Virus record (IMG/VR): IMGVR_UViG_3300025150_000004
Coordinates: 64,001 to 128,000 of that record
Length of the DNA: 64,000 nucleotides
Reading direction: 5' to 3' (one strand)
DNA from: a virus
Shown here: one piece after another, positions 9,801 through 19,900 of the stretch
How positions within the stretch are numbered: the first letter of the stretch is position 1
Layout: the number at the start of each line of letters is the position of its first letter
Program-made: the position numbers and the translations under genes
The notes under the pieces: generated by a model
The model's database searches: none
Told to the model about the DNA's origin: nothing
The model's input: the letters and a program-made list of their open reading frames with translations, nothing else

Positions 9801-12800
9801 TCCTCGCAGCATATCTGGAGGGGGACGGCACCATCCGGCCCGACTCGGGGCGCATTACCTTCTGCTCGGCTTCTCCCCATGTCCGACAGCAGTTGCAGGT
9901 GCTTCTGGGTGCCCACGGCATCTTGAGCAAGGTGAAGGACAGGTTCGTCTACATCAACGCCGTGGACTCTGCCATCCTGTGGGAGAAGATCCAGCCGTGG
10001 ATGGTGACCAAGGGGTTCGACTACACTCAGCGGGACAACAAGGCCCGCACCCGCTACGGCATCCCCGCAGATTACATCCGGGGTTTCCTCGCTGGGCGCA
10101 AGCAGGACACCGGCAGCCGGGCCGTTTACGCCACGGACGGAGATGGATTCCGAACCCTCCCCGATGTCCATGAGCCGGTTCGGAAGGTTCAGCGGCTTCT
10201 CCACGATGCCCATGCCCGAGGAGACTTCGACGGGTTCATGGCGAGCCTCAAGGTCATCAGCCCGGACGAGTTCACCAAGCTCCGGCGGTTGTTCGACCTC
10301 GGCTACCAGTACGTCGAGGTCACGTCGGTTGAAAATGCGGGGCAGCAGGACGTGTTCGACATCTCGATGGGCGAGGGGGTCGAGCCTGCTTTTGTGGCGA
10401 ACGGGGTGGTGGTCCACAACACCCTCATGTGGCGGCTGCTTGACCTCGCCAAGGGGCCGGACAAGGCCGAGATCATCGACCTCACCGGCTGCGGGGTCCA
10501 AGACCTGAAGGACCGACGGATGCAGTGCCCGTCGGACCCGGACAAGACTTTCTCGGACGACCCGAGCCGGATGCTCCGGGCGGTCAAGTTCATCATGAAG
10601 TACGGCATGAAGCTGACCCCGGACACCGAGGCAGCTATCCGCCGGAACCTGCCCAAGCTCAAGCGGGCTCCGTTCGAGGCCATCGCCGTCATCCTCGAAG
10701 ACACCCTGCTCAAGGATCCGGGCACGGCGAAGAAGTCCCTGCCCGTGATGAAGAAGCTCGGCTTGCTGGACACTGTGGCCGAGATGATCCGTGAGAACAA
10801 GGCGTTCCAGGCCCGGATGGAGCGGTGGGTCACCAGCAAGCCCATGCTGTTCCTGTTCGACCTGATGGACCTTGGCCTTCCCCTGGGGGCCAACGTCGGG
10901 TTCCTCAGCCGGGACCAGCAAAAGAGGCTCCGTCAGATCGCCCTTGGGATGCCGGAGGGGGAGCCGGAGCGGCTCCTCGAAGTGCTCCGGCAGCCCGGGA
11001 AGGTCATGGACACCCGGGCACTCATTCAGGAGTTCGGGCTCCAGGGGCGAGAGATCGCCCAGATGCAGAAGGACGTGGGGGTGCGGCTCCTGCTCGACAA
11101 CCCCACCCTGGCCAAGAACCCCAGGGCGTTCACCGACGCAGTGCGTCACGAGTTTGCCCGGCGGAAGACGGCTGGTTCCCCGCTGGTCCAGTTGAACATC
11201 GACTTGGGGGAGGGGCAGAAGGTCGAGAAGGTCATCCCGAGTGCCTCACTGCCTTACCTCATCGACAACGTGCAGGTGAGGCGGGTGGCCGGGGCGTGGA
11301 TCCGGCGTCGGGCTACCCGCATCCGAGGTCGTACCCGCTACCTGGCCATGCTCGATGACGCCTGGGAGCCGGTCCGGGTCAAGCTGGCCAATCCCCTCCT
11401 GCCTCAGCAGTTCGTCCAGACGCTCAAGGCCCTGATCGAGAAGGTGAAGTACAACGAGGCTCGGGGTCTGGGGGACACCGCCGAACTCTGGTTGGAGTGG
11501 CGGGAACTCTTCCAGAAGGGTCGTCAGTGGGGCGATTACGTCATCGACCACACAGCCATCCCGTCCGGCAAGGCCAAGGCCGGGGAGATGGGGGTTCGGG
11601 TCTTCCGAACCACCTACGGGCGGGGCAAGGGGCCTCGCCCCAGCATCGCCGCCTGGCTCAAGAAGAACGAGCGGTACTTCCGGGTGCTGGAGGAGGCGAC
11701 CCGCTGGCCCGAGCGGTCGGAGGGTGACGGCATCTTCAAGCACGGGCCGTTCACGGTACACAACACCGTGGGGGCCTCTGACAAGGAGATCCAGACCGCC
11801 AAGGGAATCATCGACCGAGCACTTCGGGCACTTCCAAAGACCGATGTCCCCGAGATGCGCCAGATGGCCTACGGGGACCTGTACCTGGTCGGCGAGATCA
11901 AGCGGAAGCGGTGGGCCGCCTGGTACATGCCCCAGAAGGACGCCATTTACCTTCGGCCGAAGATCAGCGGCATTTCGGCGGACGATTCCGCCCTGCACCT
12001 GGTTCACGAACTCACCCACCGGCTGTGGGCCAAGAGGCTCCCCGCTTTGGTGAAGACAGCGTGGAGCGCCCACCACTTCCAGATGTCCAACAGCCGCAGT
12101 GCCCTTGGAAGGCTCCCCGAAGCCGGGGAAGTCCTGCCCAAGGAGTTGGTGGTCAACCGGAAGCAGGTCAAGGTCGATAGCTACGACGAACTGGGCCAGG
12201 CCGTGCTCGTGGACGCCAAGGGGGGCGCACCCATCGGCAAGGTGAACCGGGTGAAGCTCCGAGAATGGATGGGCAACATCGAGTTCGTCGGCAAGTTCCC
12301 CTCCATCTACGCCTCCTCAGACGCCGAGGAGCACTTCTGCGAGGCCATGGCCCACAAGGGGATGGGGTCCCTCTCGGCAGACAACCTGGCGGCGTTCAAC
12401 CAGATCGTGCTGGGCAAGGGGGGGCCGACCCAGAGCGTGAAGGTGGGGCTCTCCGCCCCTCCGGGGTGGAAGACCGAGAAGAAGCCGAACGGCTGGGTCA
12501 TCTACACGAACCCTACGGGAACGGTGCGGGTGCAGGACACCCGACGGCCTCATCCCGAGCGCTACCAGTTGCTCGAATGGGCGCAGCCCACCATCGTGCA
12601 GGACGGCAAGAAGGTGCCCCGTGGGCGTCCCCAGTGGTTGGAGCACCACGGGTACTCCAGGCTGCCCGAGGCACTGGCGGCCGGAGTGAAGCTCACGCAG
12701 CGGGGTCGGACGGCCTCGCATCACCACATCCGCAACGCCTGCCCAGCCTGCGGGAACGTCTCCACCTGTCGGTGCCGGGCACCCAAGACGGTCGAGACGC

Positions 12801-15494
12801 ACGACCTCTGCTATGACTGTCGGGAGTCAGCGGTCAGGGTCGCCGCTCGCTACAAGAACAAGAAGGAAGTACCCAAGGCCGACGGCAAGGGGACAACCAC
12901 CGTCTACGAGTACAGCGACAAGCAGGTCCAGCACCGAAACCGGGAGAAAGCCAAGCGAGTCGAGAAGCTCCGAGGCTCCATCCACAAGCTCCGAGCACAG
13001 GTCAAGAAGGATCTGGGGGCCGAGGACGAGAAGACCCGAACCGTCGCACTGGTCGTTGGTCTGATGGATCACACCTACGAGCGGGTCGGTAACGACGAGT
13101 CGGCCAAGGACGGCCACTACGGGGTCACCGGCTGGCAGGTCAAGCACATCACGTTCGGCAAGGGCAAGGCCACCATTTCCTACGTCGGCAAGTCCGGCGT
13201 GAAACACGAGAAGGTCGTGGACGACGCCTCGCTCGTCTCCGCCCTCAAGAAGGCTACCAAAGGGAAGGGGTCGAACGACCGGATCTGTGACGGGGAGGAC
13301 TGCAAGGTCTCCGCTTCGGACGTGAACGCCTACCTCAAGCCGTTCGACATCACGGCCAAGGACATCCGTGGGTTCCATGCCAACACCGAGGTTCAGACCC
13401 GGCTCAAGGCCATCCGCTCCAAGGGTGGCAAGCTCCCCGAGGACAAGAAGGAGCGGGAGAAGAAGCTCAAGGCCGAGTTCAAGCAGGCTCTCGAAGAAGC
13501 TGCCAAGGCCGTCGGCCACGAGCCCTCGACACTCAAGTCCCAGTACCTCGTGCCGGGTCTGGAGGACGAGTTCCTCAAGGGTGGTCAGGTGAGCGACAAG
13601 CTCGACAAGCGGGCCATGTCCCTGGAAGAGGTTCGGGCTCTCAAGCAGGAGATCCTCGCCGAGTTGGGGTGGCGGACTGCCACGAAGACCAAGGGGGAGA
13701 AGGAAGAGGAGGAGGTCGAGCGGATGTCCCGTCCTGCTCCCAAGAAGAAGCCGCCCCGGCAGGATCTTCGGCGGAACCGGATGAAGGACGACGACAAGGA
13801 CACCGATGGCCAGGGGGCCGACAAGGACAAGGATCTGTCCCTCAACTACAAGCGGGTAGCCCGCCTCTACCACGCTGCCGTTCTTCAAGACCTCGGGGAC
13901 CTCGATCTGATGCGTCTCGCTGGAGACAAGCAGCACAAACCTGGCGACGTGTGGAAGACCGAAAAGGGCTGGCGAGGGAAGAAGAAGACCCCGAACCAGG
14001 GAGGGCATTTCGAGGGGAAAACTTTCCCCGACAGGGAGCAGGCTGAGGCTTGGGTCGCCGACCCAGACCCGGAAGGCGAAGACGACCAGGCTCCCGACGA
14101 GGAAGGCAGCCGGGCTCCTGACGAGGAGGGCGACCAGGCTCCTGACGGAGATTCTTCGGATCGGCCCGACCCAAAGGCGGAGGCCCGCAAAGAGCGGGAG
14201 CGGCATCGGAATGAGGTTCGTCGCCGGGGCCAGAACTTCGACAAGTCCCTGGACGCTCTGGTGGACACCATCTCCCCGGAGATGGCTGAGGTTCTGATCG
14301 ACCACCTCCCCAGCGGGGACGCCGACAAAGCCGCCATGGCGGAAGCCTTCGACATCCACCTTCACGTTCTCACCGAGGTGTACCTCGACGACGATAAGGG
14401 CTTCTCGAAGAAGGGGCTCGAAGATGCCGCTGAGGTGGTGTCCCTGTTTGGTAGCCCGCCCGACCCCGAGAAGGGGGAGGAGGACGACGCCAAGTTGGAG
14501 GCCAAGCGGGACGCCGCCCGCAAGGAGAAGCTCAAGGAGTTCGGCGAGAAGACCGCCAAGGAGAAGGGGGAGATCCTCGCCCGCCTGCACTTCGCCACGA
14601 AGGTGGTGGCCGATCCTACGGTCGTGGGTGGGCGGTCCTTGGCAGGGAGGACAGACCCCGAGGCCCTACGTGAGCGGGGGTCCGAGGCCGCCCGTCAGTA
14701 CAGCCGGTCGTCACCAGAGATCCGGGCCATGGCCGCCAAGAACGCCATGACCGCCTTGGAGGGGATGGCAGAGGACGACCCGAACCGGGTGGAGTTGGAC
14801 GCCATCGTGGACGGTCTGGCCATCGCCGCAGGCTCCAAGGGGGAGACCTTGGAGGTGGACGGCAAAAAGCTCCGGCCCCGTGCCTCCAAGGGCCACCAGG
14901 TCTTGTACGACCACCTCATCAAGGCTGGGAAGCAGGACATCCTGACCGGCACCATGCACGACCTCTACGGTCCCGAGGGGCGTGCAGCCGTGTCCGAAGC
15001 CCTGGACACGATGGATGACAAGGAGTTGGCCGCCTACGGCAAGACGGGGCACTTCTCGGAGCTTGCGTCCAAGCTCACCGACTCCAAGGTCGGTGAGGAG
15101 CAGAAGGCGTTCATCCGTGGGTTCCTCAAGCGCCAAGGGATCGAGGACAACGGCCCAGTCGTTCATCGAGGCGGCCGAATCCGAGTCGGGAATCGCAGGC
15201 GAGAAGCTCGAAGCTCAGTGGCAGGACCACATCTCCAAGCACCCCGAGGCCAAGGCGTGGGATGACCGCATTCTCTCGGCTGCCCAGAAGGGCGGGGCCG
15301 ATCAGGAGGCCCTGGAGAAGGAGTACCTGGTCTGGCGGTCCCAGATGTACCTCGAATGGCTCCGTCTGATGGGCATCGACCTCCCCAAGGGAAACCCGGA
15401 GCGTGCCCGGCACGAGCACATCACCGACACCAAGGACCCCACACTGCTCGGGGAGAAGCTCGTTCCCCAGGGGGAGGACAAAAAGACAGGCTGA
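6845..15494 (+). CDS. Giant polyvalent protein: N-terminal helical domain, SH3/KOW-like domain, class II CCA-type nucleotidyltransferase (intein-containing), zincin metallopeptidase, Zn finger, DNA topoisomerase IB, acidic C-terminal domain
   Basis: NTase motifs GGAVRN, DID, EDVRRREFTFN, DDPSRMLRAVKF; HELTH plus EEHFCE; TopoIB R-K-R-H-Y set (ERVG, GKSG, DIRG, VGH, SQYL). The ORF is open 6845-15265 and the natural C-terminus continues in another frame to 15494. An internal ATG at 8354 is a possible separate start. Confidence 0.8.
7848..7870 (+). promoter_or_regulatory. RBS-sequestering hairpin upstream of the HNH gene
   Basis: Perfect 10-bp stem TGTCCTATTT-GAA-AAATAGGACA that includes AGGA and the A of the ATG. 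Confidence 0.7.
7870..8382 (+). mobile_element. HNH homing endonuclease nested out of frame inside the giant ORF
   Basis: Two Cx4C..CxxH Zn motifs, GYRVI, EHRHVME..LGR.L...ETVHHLNG.RSDNRPENLELW. Confidence 0.92.
9035..10420 (+). mobile_element. Intein with LAGLIDADG endonuclease (462 aa) in the nucleotidyltransferase
   Basis: Starts CMAGDTLI and ends VVHN before +1 Thr; LIGCVLAEG and FLAAYLEGDG motifs; splits the RREFTFN|TL motif. Confidence 0.95.
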
Positions 15495-15530
15495 CAACGA
15501 AACTTTGGCACCACAGACGGAAAGTTTGAT

Positions 15531-15570
15531 GTTGGGGCGAGGCCCAAACTTCGCCTCGGCGATTTTTCTT
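15531..15570 (+). terminator. Probable intrinsic terminator
   Basis: GTTGGGGCGAGG/CTTCGCCTCGGC stem with G-U pairs followed by ATTTTTCTT. Confidence 0.5.
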
Positions 15571-15675
15571 CAATCTTCCTTCTATACGGCAGGGCTTATG
15601 AGCGGAGGGCCGTGTGCCCGTGCTTTCCGCCGTTAGGGAAGGACACCACGTTCACCACCTCGGAGGACTACGATC

Positions 15676-16314
15676 ATGGCATTGACCAAGAAGGGCGCAC
15701 TGCTCATCACCCGTGACCTGGACCGTGTGGCAACGGTCATCACCCGTGAGGCCAAGGAACTCGGGATTCCCGACAAGGTCGCCACCGGCTTCGCCGAGTG
15801 GTGCGACCGTCTGGCCGACCGCATCGAGGCGACGGCCGGAATCGACCCGAAGGACACGGCCGCCAAGGAGGCGCTCCTCAAGCAGGCGCTCTCCGGCGAA
15901 CCGGCGGCGAAGACCGACTACCCGTTCGACAAGGGCAAGACCTACGACGGCGAGGAGATCGGCAAGGAGCAGTCGGGTCCCCAAGAGGGTGACGCCGACG
16001 AGAGCTACATGCGGGGCGAGTTCACCCAGCAGGAGAACCGGGAGCTTCGGGAGAAGCAGGAGGGTGGCCAGATCTCCGGCGTGAACACCGACCCCCGTGG
16101 CCCCCGTCCCGGCGTCCAGGCGGCCCTCGACAACCTGTCTCAGGTCGTCAAGAGCGCCACCTACACCGACGACGTGGCCGCCAAGGTCGCCGAGGCCCTG
16201 AACCTCGCCGCCGACATCGCCAAGAGCGGTGCCAAGGCCGAGGACGAAGAGGAAGACGAGGGGGAGGCCAAGGAGGCTTCCTCTTTCAACCACGGCTACA
16301 ACCTGAACGCCTAA
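15676..16314 (+). CDS. Hypothetical head-associated protein
   Basis: GGAGG RBS, high-GC3 codons, acidic tail ending KEASS..., located in the head operon. Confidence 0.75.
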   Translation: MALTKKGALLITRDLDRVATVITREAKELGIPDKVATGFAEWCDRLADRIEATAGIDPKDTAAKEALLKQALSGEPAAKTDYPFDKGKTYDGEEIGKEQSGPQEGDADESYMRGEFTQQENRELREKQEGGQISGVNTDPRGPRPGVQAALDNLSQVVKSATYTDDVAAKVAEALNLAADIAKSGAKAEDEEEDEGEAKEASSFNHGYNLNA

Positions 16315-16339
16315 TCGAGAGATCCAGGGAGCAACCAAC

Positions 16340-16936
16340 GTGAGCGAGAGGGCGGCATACGTCGATTACCAGCAGCGGGCTTCCGAGTTCGCCGTTGGCG
16401 ACGCAGTCTATCCGTTCATGTCGGGGAACCATGACCTGATGGGACGGGTCCAGGCTGTCTGGCCCGCCATCGGCATGGTGCAGGTCGAGTGGCCCCACGG
16501 GTCCGAGCGGGTTCCGGTGGAAGACCTCCAGCGGTATGAGCGAAAGGACCAACTGCCCCCTGCGGTGGGTCTCGACAACGTGCCCGGTGGGGCCTCCTCG
16601 GTCTCGGTTCCGGGCGGGCCGGTGGCTCCCAAGACGGCGACTCTCGCCATCGAGGGCTCCATCCGTCGGGTCGCCGAGGCGTTCGTCAAGAAGGCTCTCT
16701 ACTGGGGGGCCTCCGACCGGAAGTATCGTGCGACCAAGGGTGAACTGGATTCTGGGTCCTTCAACTGCCCCAAGTGTCGGGAGCACGCCCTCCGCAAGGC
16801 CATCTACAAGAGGCAGGAGGGGCGCAGTGAGCCTCTCCTGGGCTGCCCAAGCTGCATGTTCCTGATCAAGCGGTGCGACATCATCGGCTCGGACGAGTGG
16901 CGAGACCTGAACGAGCCCGTGCTGGAGGTGGCCTGA
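16340..16936 (+). CDS. Hypothetical protein with SH3-like N-terminus and C-terminal Zn ribbon
   Basis: CPKC...CPSC; RRVAEAFVKKA motif between the two domains. Confidence 0.75.
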   Translation: MSERAAYVDYQQRASEFAVGDAVYPFMSGNHDLMGRVQAVWPAIGMVQVEWPHGSERVPVEDLQRYERKDQLPPAVGLDNVPGGASSVSVPGGPVAPKTATLAIEGSIRRVAEAFVKKALYWGASDRKYRATKGELDSGSFNCPKCREHALRKAIYKRQEGRSEPLLGCPSCMFLIKRCDIIGSDEWRDLNEPVLEVA

Positions 16937-16937
16937 G

Positions 16938-19900
16938 ATGGCGTTCATGAAGTACGCCAGGGCCGTGGTCGAGCACCCTCACGTCTCCCGACGTGAGTGG
17001 GGCCAGATCCGCACGGCAGGACGTTCCTTCGGGAAGGTCCCGAGTTTCGCCCGGACCCGGGTGAAGCTGGCGAGGGGGTCTGTCCCGACCAACCTGGTGG
17101 ACCAGGCGAGCACCATCTTCGGGGATGTGTTCGACCCGGGTCAGTACCTCCTGACCCATGCCACCATCGTGGCTTCGGTGGATGTGTTCCAGCCCCAGGG
17201 GATCAAGCTCGGTTCCCAGTTGGAGGGCGGGTTCGTCGTCAACCGCAAGTACGGGGACTTCCGGGTCGAGCCGAGGTGCGCCCAGTTCATCAACAACAAC
17301 CGGGACGCCTGGACTCGTGGTGTCCTCCTCAAGGCGTTCGAGACGTTCATCGGCGGGCACAACTTCGTCGAGCACGTCCAGATCGAGTCGATGTCCAAGG
17401 GGCGGATCATCGACGCAGTGGCCCGGGACATCGGGGACTCGGTCTACATCGACATCCTCATCGCCACGGACCGGAAGCACCGGGACCTGGTGACGGCCAT
17501 CGAGAACGGCAAGATGGGCACTTTGTCGATGGGGTGTTTCCTGCCCGGCACGCAGGTCACGATGGCGGACGGTCGCCGCATCGCCATTGAGGATGTGCAG
17601 CCCGGTGACATGGTGCTGACCCACAAGGGCCGTGCCCGTGAGGTGCTGAACAAGCAGATCAAGGGTGGCAAGTGGGATATGCGGACGGTACATGCTGTTG
17701 GGCTGGCATCCCCCATCACGTCCACAGGCAATCATCCCTACTACGTCCTTCGGCCCGCCGAAGTGTGCGCTTGCGGGTGTGGCGAGAGCCTGCCCGCTTA
17801 TGTTTCTTCTGCGAAGAAACCGACGACACGAAGCCTCACACGGCGGTTCAAGGTCGGACACGACAAACGTGTCCTGAACCCCAACAACACCTACTCGCTG
17901 GATGAGTTCAAGCGTCGTAAGGCGCAGATGGACGAGATCCAGAACCCCGAGTTGGTGAAGGTTCGGGCCGATGAACTTCGGGTAGGGGATTTCATCGCCT
18001 TCCCACGGGTGAAGGATGGTGAGCACACCCTTTCCGTCTCTGACGGCAAGGCCCGTCTGCTTGGCTACTTCTTGGCCGAAGGGTGCTTTGCTAAGGAGAA
18101 GGGGCGTCCCGTTCAGGTGACGTTCTGCTTCTCGATGGATGAGAAATCTACGTTCGTTGCCGAGGTGGAGGGCCTGCTCAAGCAAGAGTTCCCAGACAGG
18201 CGGAATGAGCCGTGGGTGCAGGAGCGGGTTGACAGCAACAACTGCATGGTTCACATCCGTGACCCAGAGGTTGCGGCGTGGTTCAAAGAGCACGGCGGCG
18301 AGTACAGCCCTGGTAAGCGCCTGTCGGCTGACGCCATGAACTGGTCGGTGGAGAGCCACAAGCACCTGATCGGGGCGTGGCTAAACGGCGACGGCCACCG
18401 GGCCAAGGCTCATGGTGGGTTCCTTGTGGGCACCACTGTCTCACTGGACCTCGCCAGCCAGATGCACGCCCTGATGGCGAAGTGCGGTTGGTTTGCCCGG
18501 TTCGAGGCCCGCATCGGGTCGAAGTCGGTCACGGTGGCCGAGGCAATCAACGGTGGTGTTGCTGTTCGGGATGAGGCGACGGGGCGGCTTCCGGCGTACC
18601 TGCTGACCATCGGGAACACGCAGTCGGTCGAGTTGCAGGGCTACTGCGCCAAGGCTCCCACCACGGCGAAGTACAGCAACCAGAACAACCGCACTTTTGA
18701 GGATTGGGTGGTCAGCCCGATCACGGCCATCGAGGAGAGTACCTACGAAGGTTGGGTCCACGACATGGAAGTGGAGGAGGACCACACCTATGTTGCTGTA
18801 GGCGCCTGTGTGTCCAACTGCACCGTCGATGGGACCATCTGCACGAAATGCGGGCACTGGGCGGCCGACGAGACCGAGATGTGCTTCCCGACAGGCACCC
18901 GAATCCTGATGGCGGACGGCAAGTACGTTCCCATCGAGGAGGTGGTCGAAGGGGATCTGGTCGTCACCCATACGGGGGCGATCCAGCCTGTCCTGCACAC
19001 GATGGGGCGACACCACGACGGCAACGTCACCGTGCTGAACGTCGAGGGCGTGCCTCAGCCGATTCGGGCAACGACCGGGCACCGTTTCTGGGTCATGCGT
19101 CCCGAAACGCACTGCCAGTGCGGGTGTGGGCAGTCGTTTCGGCGCACCGTCGAACACGAACGGGGGGCGTCACAGGCGTTCCAACGTCGGTTCCTGCCCG
19201 GACACAACAGCAAGGTGATTCCTTTCCCGTCCGGGTTGTTCGCCCCGGCTGACAGCAGGAACACGGGGGCCAATCTGGAGTTCGTCCCGGCGAAGGACAT
19301 TCGCAAGGGCGACTACCTGACGTTCCCCATTCCTCAGCAGGTCACGGCCTCTCCCGAGGCTACTGAGGACAAGGCTCGTCTCATCGGGTTCTTCTTGGCC
19401 GAGGGGAGCTTCATCAAGCGGGATGGGGTACTTGTCGGCGTGAGCTTCGACTTCGGGGCGCATGAGTACGGCTCCCTTGCTGTCGAGGTCGAGGATCTGC
19501 TCAACAAGGTCTGGGGTCGGGACGAGCGCCGCACGGTGGACTTTGACTGGCGGCAGAAGGTGGCGTCGGAGGGTGCCAAGCCAATCCGTCGTCGCAAGAA
19601 CAGTCGTCCTGTCCCCACCGATCTCACCTGTCCGTCGTGTAAGGCACCTTCGGAGTACGCCTACAATGTCCGGTTTAAGAAGGGCCAGGACGACTGCTAC
19701 CAGTGCAAGGTGTGCAACCGTCAGTGGGTCGAGGGGTCGGACCGGGCCGTGAGGGCTTGCCGCAATCTGACGGGGGAGTCCGCCTGTTCGGTTCGGCTGA
19801 TGTGTTCCGAGGCTGCTGAGTGGTTCCACACCTTCTGCGGGGAGTACGCCCACGGCAAGGCGCTGGCTCCCGAGGTCATGTACTGGCCGCAGGAGATCCA

